Source: a virus
Lineage: Duplodnaviria > Caudoviricetes
Virus record (IMG/VR): IMGVR_UViG_3300042527_000210
Span: 1 to 32,969 of that record
Reading direction: 5' to 3' (one strand)
Length of the DNA: 32,969 nucleotides
The notes beneath the pieces were generated by a model, which did no database searches, was not told the origin of the DNA, and saw only the letters and a list, made by a program, of their open reading frames with translations. Each line of letters opens with the position of its first letter. The first letter of the stretch is position 1. Both the position numbers and the translations under genes were made by a program. Shown in pieces: positions 17,014 to 24,329 of this stretch.

Positions 17014-17570
17014 TGGCATACGTTTATAGACATATTCGAGTAGATAAAAATGAACCTTTCTATATTGGTATAGGTAATGATAAACACTTTAGAAGAGCAA
17101 GACAAAAAATTAGAAGGAATAAAATATGGTATGATATAGTAAATAAAACTGAATTTGAAACTGAAATTTTAATTGATAATATTTCTTGGGAAGATGCTTG
17201 TAAAAAAGAAAAAGAATTTATTTTACTTTATGGAAGAATAGACAAAAAAAATGGAATTTTGGCTAATATGACTGATGGCGGCAATGGTACTTCTGGAAGG
17301 ATTATGTCAGAAGAATGGAGAAAAAATAAATCCGAGATGATGAAAGGTAATAAATTAGCTAAAGGGTATAAACATACAGAAGAAAATTTATTGTTATTTA
17401 GCAAATTATCAAAAGGAAATAAACATGCAGTAGGAGTAAAACACACAGATGAAGTAAAAAAGAAGATATCATTTGCTAATAAAGGTAAAATTATTATGAA
17501 GGAAACAATAGAAAAACGAAATGAAACAAGAAAGAAAAATAAATTAAAAAAAGAAAATGAACTTAATTGA
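17013..17570 (+). mobile_element. Free-standing GIY-YIG-like homing endonuclease with NUMOD3-like repeats
   Basis: AYVYRH...FYIGIG...R...E...NMTDGG catalytic layout; KHTEE/KHTDEVKKKIS repeats; visibly more AT-rich than neighbours. Confidence 0.8.
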
Positions 17571-17802
17571 AATCATATTAGCGGCTAACTTCTTTAGCTT
17601 TTATTTTATCGTACAAAATGAGTTCCCTCGCAAATGGAAGATAAACTTTAAGCCGTTTAATTGTACGTTATGCTTAACTGCTTGGGTGGGGTTAGCTTTG
17701 TACTTATTGCCAATACAAGTAACCGATGGAGTAATTTGTATGTTCGGTGCTGGTGTGATAGCACCTTTCTTTAGAAACTTCTTAAATAATTTATACCGAT
17801 GA
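17557..17802 (+). CDS. Small membrane protein with CxxC
   Basis: Hydrophobic segments flanking KPFNCTLCLTAW. Confidence 0.7.
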   Translation: MNLIEIILAANFFSFYFIVQNEFPRKWKINFKPFNCTLCLTAWVGLALYLLPIQVTDGVICMFGAGVIAPFFRNFLNNLYR

Positions 17803-18092
17803 AACCTCAAGACATTGCATTTTGCCAGCAACACATTATCAATTTTGAATCCGTTAAGTTAGGGTTCACTCGTAACATTTCCTTTGAAGTATTAGGGGAG
17901 TATGAAAGAATGTACCGCGAATACTTAGACCCGCAATTTATTTTAACCTATTGGTGTGGGGAGTGTGTATTCGATATGCTCAAAAGATTGATTACCTTTT
18001 ATGAAATCAATTTAGCGGCACAACAATCTGTACAAGAATCTGTACAACCTGATGTACAAGAAAAGAAAAAGAGAGGCAGACCAAAGAAATGA
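17799..18092 (+). CDS. Hypothetical protein with CxxC and AT-hook-like tail
   Basis: WCGEC; C-terminal KKKRGRPKK. Confidence 0.7.
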   Translation: MKPQDIAFCQQHIINFESVKLGFTRNISFEVLGEYERMYREYLDPQFILTYWCGECVFDMLKRLITFYEINLAAQQSVQESVQPDVQEKKKRGRPKK

Positions 18093-19090
18093 GAATACTT
18101 GTAATAACACAACAGAACTCTGGTGTCGGCTATCATAGGCTTATGCTACCTGTTTATTATTTGGAAAAAACGTATGCATATTTTACTGATGTATTAACAG
18201 AAGAAGTATTAGAAGAAAAGTTCGATATTCTTTTAATCAATCGTTTTATCCCGAATACGCACATCGATAAACTATTAGAGTATAAAAGTAAATACGACTT
18301 TAAGTTAATTGTTGATATCGATGATTATTGGTATTTAGATACTTCTCATATTTTATATTCGGTATATCCAAGCCAAGTGATTATTGACCACATTAAGATA
18401 GCCGATTTAGTTACTTGTACAAATGAGTTACTTTGGAATGAGATACGACCCATCAATTCAAACGTAGCCATCTTACCGAATGCCTTACCTTTCAACGAAG
18501 ACCAATTTATTGATGTTAGAACCGAAAGCGATAAGATAAGATTCATTTATACAGGCTCCATCACACACGAAGAAGATATAAAGATTATTCAGTTCCCTTT
18601 TAAGAAAGTCGCTTCGGATGTGCAATTAAGAAACAAAGTGCATTTTCAGTTGTGCGGATTCAATGATGAAGGTGCTGGCTCTGCCGCCATTTGGCATAGG
18701 ATGATATCTAATTTCACTTGTGGGTTAAAGTTAGGGGGGACGAGAAGATACTTGCCTGTAACTGAGTATATGAACTTTTACAACGATGCCGATGTCTCGG
18801 TTGTTCCTTTGCGTGCGACTAAGTTTAACGCAATGAAATCCAATCTAAAAATCTTAGAAGCGGCTTGTAAAAAGATACCCGTAATATGTTCAAACACTCC
18901 ACCTTATGATACTGCGCCCTATGTCTATAAGGTAAATAAGCAAACCGATTGGTATCAAGGAATTAAAAAACTTGCCACCGATGCTATTTATAGACAAGAG
19001 ATTGGGTTAGCAAATTACGAATGGTGTAACGAGAACTTCAATCTTCATAAGGTTAATAAATTAAGAAAAGAGTTATATGCCAGTCATTAA
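18089..19090 (+). CDS. GT-B fold glycosyltransferase
   Basis: SGVGYHRL, DIDDYW, ADLVTCT, ILPNAL, FNAMKSNLKILEA...PVICS. Confidence 0.85.
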   Translation: MRILVITQQNSGVGYHRLMLPVYYLEKTYAYFTDVLTEEVLEEKFDILLINRFIPNTHIDKLLEYKSKYDFKLIVDIDDYWYLDTSHILYSVYPSQVIIDHIKIADLVTCTNELLWNEIRPINSNVAILPNALPFNEDQFIDVRTESDKIRFIYTGSITHEEDIKIIQFPFKKVASDVQLRNKVHFQLCGFNDEGAGSAAIWHRMISNFTCGLKLGGTRRYLPVTEYMNFYNDADVSVVPLRATKFNAMKSNLKILEAACKKIPVICSNTPPYDTAPYVYKVNKQTDWYQGIKKLATDAIYRQEIGLANYEWCNENFNLHKVNKLRKELYASH

Positions 19091-19214
19091 ATGTTCGAAC
19101 GGAAAATATCGCATCGGTAATGGTGCATGTGTGTTTGAGACAAAAGAGAAAGCCGAGAAAGCATACAAGGCTATACTCGCACAAGGTAAATTCAAAAAGA
19201 AAAATGGTCGTTGA
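19077..19214 (+). CDS. Small basic protein (45 aa; not in track)
   Basis: MPVIKCSNGKYRIGNGACVFETKEKAEKAYKAILAQGKFKKKNGR; tiles the gap between neighbours. Confidence 0.7.
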   Translation: MPVIKCSNGKYRIGNGACVFETKEKAEKAYKAILAQGKFKKKNGR

Positions 19215-19368
19215 GTTATGGCTAAATCTGGAACTATTGGAAAGTTATCATTTGGAAAGCGAAGAAAAGGAAAGGCTCATAAGAAGCATAATAAACACAA
19301 TCGAAAGGAAAGAAATTATAGAGGGCAGGGCAGATGAGGAAATCGACTACCTTAAACTAATGAACTAA
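19204..19368 (+). CDS. Hypothetical acidic protein (54 aa from ATG 19204)
   Basis: Start re-called from 19120 because the upstream part overlaps the 45-aa ORF; TAATG coupling downstream. Confidence 0.55.
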   Translation: MVVELWLNLELLESYHLESEEKERLIRSIINTIERKEIIEGRADEEIDYLKLMN

Positions 19369-19844
19369 TGTATATCCATCCTACCGCAATAATCTACCCG
19401 AATGTAATTATCGAACCCGATGTTTACATAGGTGCTTATTGTATTATTGGTGCGCCTGCAGAATGGAAAGGATACGAGCATTGCGAAGGGTTGGTAACGA
19501 TTATGAGTGGTTCAAGATTAACAGGAATGGTTACGGTAGATAGCGGAACGGATAAGAGAACGATTATTGGTAGTAAGTGTTATCTTATGAAGCACTCGCA
19601 CGTAGGTCACGATGCTATCTTGGCTGAGAATGTTACTCTTAGTTGTGGCGCAAAGGTCGGAGGGCATACGATAATAGAAAAGAATTGTAACATAGGATTA
19701 AACGCAGTCTTACATCAAAAGATAAGAATACCCGAAGGGTGTATGATTGGCGCATCTGCGTTTGTAGGAAAGAAATCTATTTTAAGACCTTACTATAAAT
19801 ATGCCGGAGTACCTGTAAAAGAAATCGGAAGCAATGCTCGTTAA
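19368..19844 (+). CDS. LpxA-like hexapeptide-repeat acyl/acetyltransferase
   Basis: IHPTAII start, left-handed beta-helix repeats, HSHVGHD matching LpxA HVAHD, GVP near the end; lacks the LpxA C-terminal helical domain. Confidence 0.85.
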   Translation: MYIHPTAIIYPNVIIEPDVYIGAYCIIGAPAEWKGYEHCEGLVTIMSGSRLTGMVTVDSGTDKRTIIGSKCYLMKHSHVGHDAILAENVTLSCGAKVGGHTIIEKNCNIGLNAVLHQKIRIPEGCMIGASAFVGKKSILRPYYKYAGVPVKEIGSNAR

Positions 19845-20457
19845 TGTAATCTTATTAAACTACGAAAGAAAAGAACACACCCAAAGGGTAAAGAATGTAA
19901 ACTTTTCCAATGCGGGGTTTCATTTTGACTTTATAGAGGTTGAAATGAAAGGCATATCTAAAGCAATAAACTACGGCATAAGTAGAAGCTATCAATACGA
20001 TGCAATAGTAACGATGGCAAATGATATTTTAATGCCAGAGAATTGGCTACAAAGAATGGTAGAAGCCGCACTAACAATTCCTAATACAGGTATGTGCGGT
20101 ATTCATTGTGTAGAGGGTTTAGGAGAAAGAACTTATATAGATGGAATACCGATTCATAAAGCCGATGCGGTGTTTGGCAATGTTTTAATACCGATGAAAG
20201 CGATTGAAACCATAGGCAAGTTTAACGAAGTGTACGACCCGTATGGAATGCAAGACAGAGATTATTCATTTAGGCTTCAGCAAACAGGGCATTTGAATTA
20301 TTACTTAGGTGGCTTAACGGCTGAACACATAGGTCACGATGTAGGGCAAGACACTCCTTATAGAAGGATGAAAGATGAGGGATTAATGAAGTGCGATAAA
20401 CTATGGGCGCAAGAAACCGCCAAATATCAATCTACAAATAATTACGTTATCTTATGA
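19834..20457 (+). CDS. GT-A fold (family 2-like) glycosyltransferase
   Basis: VILLNYER, GISKAINYG, MANDI (DxD variant), GKFNEVYDPYGMQDRDYSFR. Confidence 0.8.
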   Translation: MLVNVILLNYERKEHTQRVKNVNFSNAGFHFDFIEVEMKGISKAINYGISRSYQYDAIVTMANDILMPENWLQRMVEAALTIPNTGMCGIHCVEGLGERTYIDGIPIHKADAVFGNVLIPMKAIETIGKFNEVYDPYGMQDRDYSFRLQQTGHLNYYLGGLTAEHIGHDVGQDTPYRRMKDEGLMKCDKLWAQETAKYQSTNNYVIL

Positions 20458-20900
20458 AAGCAGAGTTAGTAAACATAAACAAGGTACGAACGAACCCTAA
20501 CAATCCGAGGATAATCAAGGATGATAAGTTCCAAAAGTTGGTAAAGTCAATTCAAGAGTTTCCGCAGATGCTTGAGATTAGACCGATTGTCGTAAATGAT
20601 GATATGATTGTCTTAGGTGGGAATATGAGATTACGAGCCTGCCAAGAAGCGGGGTTAAAAGAGATTCCCATCATCAAAGCATCTAACCTAACCGAAGAAC
20701 AACAAAAGGAATTTATTATCAAGGATAATGTCGGCTTCGGGGAATGGGATTGGAACGACTTAGCGAATAATTGGTTTCCATCCGACCTATCAGATTGGGG
20801 GTTAGATATACCTGATTTAGATGAAGATATTAAACAAAAAGATAATACAAAAACCGAAGTTAACTTGTGTCCGAATTGTGGCACAGAAATAGTGAAGTAA
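20454..20900 (+). CDS. ParB/Srx N-terminal domain protein with C-terminal CPNCG
   Basis: NPNNPR, LVKSIQEF, RPIVV, VLGGNMRLRA, IIKDN. Confidence 0.85.
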   Translation: MKAELVNINKVRTNPNNPRIIKDDKFQKLVKSIQEFPQMLEIRPIVVNDDMIVLGGNMRLRACQEAGLKEIPIIKASNLTEEQQKEFIIKDNVGFGEWDWNDLANNWFPSDLSDWGLDIPDLDEDIKQKDNTKTEVNLCPNCGTEIVK

Positions 20901-20909
20901 TAGAGAGAA

Positions 20910-21272
20910 ATGGCAAACGAACAAAACTTAAAACCTTTTAAGAAAGGGGAGGTGGCTAATCCAAATGGCAGACCTAAGAAGTATGTAACCCTACTTAGAG
21001 AGCAAGGCTACAAGCTATCCGAGATTAACGATACTATCCAAGTAATGCTTCAAATGGGTGTAGATGAATTAAAAGAGGTTTGGGATAATCCTAAAGCAAC
21101 TATCTTGGAAAAGACAATCGCAAATGCGATGCGTAAGAGTTTAGAGAAAGGGTCTTTATATTCAGTAGAGACCTTGCTTACAAGGGTGTATGGCAAGCCA
21201 AAAGAAAGCCAGCAAATTCAAACCGATAGCCGGATTGAGGTAGTGTTTGTAAATGGTAAAACTATATTATGA
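20910..21272 (+). CDS. terS: Terminase small subunit (putative)
   Basis: NLKPFKKG...NPNGRPK motif and RVYGKP; upstream of TerL. Confidence 0.7.
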   Translation: MANEQNLKPFKKGEVANPNGRPKKYVTLLREQGYKLSEINDTIQVMLQMGVDELKEVWDNPKATILEKTIANAMRKSLEKGSLYSVETLLTRVYGKPKESQQIQTDSRIEVVFVNGKTIL

Positions 21273-21274
21273 TG

Positions 21275-21348
21275 CTTGTTCGGAGTGGTACTCGCCTCTG
21301 CTGACCTTGACCAGCGAACAAAGGATAGCCGTAATCCTAAAAAGAGGC
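21275..21348 (+). ncRNA. HDV-ribozyme-like nested double-pseudoknot RNA (variant)
   Basis: P1 TTGTTCG/CGAACAA, J1/2 hairpin GAGT/ACTC, P2 GCCTCT/AGAGGC, P3 CTG/CAG, 8-nt L3 ACCTTGAC whose CC can pair with GG 21323-4, CTAA before the P2 3-prime strand. Lacks the usual G+1 and L3 U. Confidence 0.5.
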
Positions 21349-21364
21349 AAACCAATTTTTATAT

Positions 21365-21392
21365 GGTACATAGATTGATTAACTGCTATTTA
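21365..21392 (+). promoter_or_regulatory. Putative late promoter (GGTACA-N15-CTATTTA)
   Basis: Same bipartite motif as before structural genes, but 305 nt before the terL start. Confidence 0.6.
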
Positions 21393-21397
21393 TGTGC

Positions 21398-21690
21398 ATA
21401 GGTTTTTCCCAAGGTGTTACCCTATTTTCTTACAAGGAGAAAAGAATAATAACCTTTCAGTTCATTCAATACGGCAGCAAAAGTGAGAGCAATGTTTTCC
21501 CCCTAACAACTCTTGACGTACAAGTTCCAAAAAAAGCTGTGACAACCTGCGAACGGATGCAGAGGAAAGGATGGGTTCTGAGTGATAGAGATGCCTTGAG
21601 CAAAATAAAACACATCTCTATACTTCGATATAAGTTTGGTAAAATCAAATTACCCTACTTGTACGGATATAGAGGGGGTGTATCTAAAGC
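21398..21690 (+). ncRNA. Candidate structured RNA / long terL leader
   Basis: Multiple local hairpins and nested long-range helices (CGTACAAGT/ACTTGTACG; CCCCCT/AGGGGG) in the largest gene-free gap of the genome. Confidence 0.45.
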
Positions 21691-21697
21691 ATAAGAA

Positions 21698-22849
21698 ATG
21701 AGAATAGAATTGCCTCAACCACATAGCAACCAACAAGCAATCCTTGATAGTTCAGCAAGGTTTAGAGTTGTTATGGCAGGGCGAAGGTTTGGCAAGAGTG
21801 AACTCTCACAAATAGAAATAATAGTCAATGCCTTACAAGGCAAGCAAGTATTCTACGTTACACCTACCTATAATTTGGCAAGGGTATTCTTTGACCAATT
21901 AAGCAAAGCCGTACCTTTTGAGGCTAATAAGTCGGAACTATCTATTAAGTTCCCGAATGGCGGAGCGGTTTATTTCTTTACAGGAGAACGATTAGACAAC
22001 CTACGAGGTCGCAAATTTCACTTCGGGGTTATTGATGAAGCCTCATTTATTCCTGATTTAGAAAACGGATGGTTAAATTCAATCCGACCTACCTTAACCG
22101 ATTACAAAGGGCGAGCCTTGTTTATCTCAACCCCTAAGGGCAAGAACTTCTTTTACTCCCTATTCCTAAAGGGTGGCGAACAAGATTGGCAATCCTTTAA
22201 GTTTACAACCTACGATAATCCCCACATAGACAAGACCGAGATTGACGATGCAAGGCTTCAGCTACCCGAAGTCGTATTCGAACAGGAATACATGGCAAAT
22301 CCTGCCGAAAATGCCTCTAATCCTTTCGGGAGTGCCTACATCAAGCAATGTACATTTGAAGCCAGCCATGAGGCTCCTATTGCGTTTGGTATCGATTTAG
22401 CGAAGTCGGTTGACTATACCGTAATCGTAGGATTAGATAGAAATGGCTCGGTATGTTATTTCGATAGATTCCAAAAGGATTGGCGGCAAACCAAGCAAGT
22501 AATCAGCAACCTACCCAAAGTGCCTACCTTGATAGATTCAACGGGTGCGGGAGACCCTATCTTCGAAGATTTACAACGTGAAGGCTTACCTGTAAGCGGG
22601 TTTAAGTTTACCTCTACCTCTAAGCAGCAACTTATGGAAGGTCTTGCCTCGGCTATCCAACAAAGAAAGATAACTTTTCCCGAAGGGCATATCACGCAAG
22701 AACTTGAGATATTCGAATATCAATATACCGCTACTGGGGTTAAGTATTCTGCACCACAAGGCTTTCACGATGACTGCGTAATGGCTTTGGCTTTGGCTTG
22801 GCATCACTACACCCGAAACACAGGGCAGGGAAAATATTCCTTCGCCTAA
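21698..22849 (+). CDS. terL: Terminase large subunit
   Basis: Walker A AGRRFGKS, Walker B GVIDEAS, ISTPKG coupling motif, nuclease GIDLA and HDDCVMALA. Confidence 0.96.
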   Translation: MRIELPQPHSNQQAILDSSARFRVVMAGRRFGKSELSQIEIIVNALQGKQVFYVTPTYNLARVFFDQLSKAVPFEANKSELSIKFPNGGAVYFFTGERLDNLRGRKFHFGVIDEASFIPDLENGWLNSIRPTLTDYKGRALFISTPKGKNFFYSLFLKGGEQDWQSFKFTTYDNPHIDKTEIDDARLQLPEVVFEQEYMANPAENASNPFGSAYIKQCTFEASHEAPIAFGIDLAKSVDYTVIVGLDRNGSVCYFDRFQKDWRQTKQVISNLPKVPTLIDSTGAGDPIFEDLQREGLPVSGFKFTSTSKQQLMEGLASAIQQRKITFPEGHITQELEIFEYQYTATGVKYSAPQGFHDDCVMALALAWHHYTRNTGQGKYSFA

Positions 22850-22886
22850 GTAGTCAAGCAATCCTTTACAACTGATAGGCTTTTCT

Positions 22887-22893
22887 CTATTTA
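22887..22893 (+). promoter_or_regulatory. Putative late promoter -10 element (CTATTTA, 5 nt before ATG)
   Basis: CTATTTA-AGGGT-ATG. Confidence 0.6.
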
Positions 22894-22898
22894 AGGGT

Positions 22899-23633
22899 AT
22901 GAACTGGAAAGACATATCCGTATTCCAATGGCAGCAACTCAATGACTTGTTCCTAAAATCTAAGGAGTTGAACGAATTAGATTTAGCGATTCAGTCGGCT
23001 GCTATTTGCAGTAAAATGACCGAGAACGAGATTGACTCCCTACCTATCGGGGAGTTGAACCCTTTGTTAAAGTCGATTAGCTTTATACACGAAGAACTAA
23101 AGCCGAACCCAGAAAAGTATATTAAGGTTAACGGCAAAAGGTATAAGTGTATTTATGATGTGAGAAAGATACCAGCCGCGAGGTATATTGAAACAAAACA
23201 CTTCGGGCAAGATGTAAACGCGAACCTGCATAGGATTGCCGCTTGTATGGTTATGCCGATGAAGAAAACATTATTCGGTTGGAAGGTAGATAAATACGAT
23301 GCAAGCCGACACGAGGAGTATTCGCAAGATATGCTTGAAGCACCGATAACGGCAGTTCTCGGAAGTGTGGTTTTTTTTTATCAAGTATACAAAAATTGGA
23401 TAAAGAGTTCGAAGGATTATTTGATTCACGAGATGATGAAGAAGATGAGCAGGTATCAAGCCGAAGTGGTGTATCAAACTTTATGCGATACTATGGATGG
23501 ATTTTCCAGACCGAGCTTGTCGCTACCTTCGAAAAAATCACTTTGGAACAGGCATATGAAATCCCTTTATTACAATACCTTAACGACCTTGCTTATCTCA
23601 AGGCGAAAGGGGAATACGAAGCCGAGCAACTAA
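22899..23633 (+). CDS. Putative tail assembly chaperone (0-frame product, 244 aa)
   Basis: WKDISVFQW start; contains slippery T9 run at 23371-23379 read as GTT TTT TTT. Confidence 0.65.
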   Translation: MNWKDISVFQWQQLNDLFLKSKELNELDLAIQSAAICSKMTENEIDSLPIGELNPLLKSISFIHEELKPNPEKYIKVNGKRYKCIYDVRKIPAARYIETKHFGQDVNANLHRIAACMVMPMKKTLFGWKVDKYDASRHEEYSQDMLEAPITAVLGSVVFFYQVYKNWIKSSKDYLIHEMMKKMSRYQAEVVYQTLCDTMDGFSRPSLSLPSKKSLWNRHMKSLYYNTLTTLLISRRKGNTKPSN

Positions 23634-23659
23634 AAAAAGCCTATGGCAAAAAGTATTAG
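23372..23659 (+). CDS. -1 frameshift extension of the tail assembly chaperone (fusion about 253 aa)
   Basis: T TTT TTT heptamer; -1 frame open to 23659 encoding LSSIQKLDKEFEGLF...FMRYYGW...YLNDLAYLK. Confidence 0.7.
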   Translation, partial: FFLSSIQKLDKEFEGLFDSRDDEEDEQVSSRSGVSNFMRYYGWIFQTELVATFEKITLEQAYEIPLLQYLNDLAYLKAKGEYEAEQLKKAYGKKY

Positions 23660-24329
23660 CCAATTACAAAATGAGATATTAGCTTTCCTTGATACATTAG
23701 GGGAAAGCAAAGAATTATTTACACGAGTACAAGACCTAAAGGGATTAGAAAAGGCAATAGGAGAAGTTGTAGGCGAATTTATTAAGCAAGTACAAGAGAA
23801 TCTTGAGAAAGCGGGTAAGATTGATACGGGTGCGTTAGCTACTGATATCACACAATCCGAATGGGATGGCTCAAGCATAAGTATTGGTTATCCAGCGGAA
23901 AGTGCAGCCGCTAAATATTACGACTTCGTAAATAAAGGTGTAAAGGGATATGATGAAAAAAAATCAATAAATAGAGATTCTCCTTATAGGTTTCAAAACG
24001 ATAGACCGAGTTTTGCAATGCAACTCGCTATTGCTAAATGGTATAGAAGAAACGCAGGCTTCGGAAGAAGGGAAACACAAAAAAAGAATCTATCGGCATT
24101 ACAACGAAAGAGAAAAAAGCTACTTAAAGTAACCAACGAGGCTGATAGGCTTAAATCATTAGCATACGCAACCTCAATAAATATTAAACGTAGAGGATTG
24201 AAAAAAACAGGTTACTTTGATAACGCAGTACAAAAATACTTCGGTAGCAACTTTAATAAGTTGATAGCAAAGGTTTTAGGAAAAGAAATACAAGTAAACA
24301 TAAGACAAGATGGCAATAACAATAAATAG
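23643..24329 (+). CDS. Putative neck/tail-completion protein (HK97 gp10-like)
   Basis: DTGALA and YYDFVNKGV motifs, basic C-terminal half. Confidence 0.55.
   Translation: MAKSISQLQNEILAFLDTLGESKELFTRVQDLKGLEKAIGEVVGEFIKQVQENLEKAGKIDTGALATDITQSEWDGSSISIGYPAESAAAKYYDFVNKGVKGYDEKKSINRDSPYRFQNDRPSFAMQLAIAKWYRRNAGFGRRETQKKNLSALQRKRKKLLKVTNEADRLKSLAYATSINIKRRGLKKTGYFDNAVQKYFGSNFNKLIAKVLGKEIQVNIRQDGNNNK

Noticed and set aside
21466-21680. Loose resemblance to group I intron Q/R/S elements (AATACGGCAGC, GTTCTGAGTGATAG, GATATAG)
   Set aside because: The P7 pairing (GACUA/UAGUC) cannot be formed and neither flanking gene is interrupted.
21392-21694. 100-aa ORF (and antisense 60-aa ORF) between terS and terL
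   Set aside because: Its ATG overlaps the promoter motif, the composition is not protein-like and the region is better explained by RNA structure; not fully excluded.
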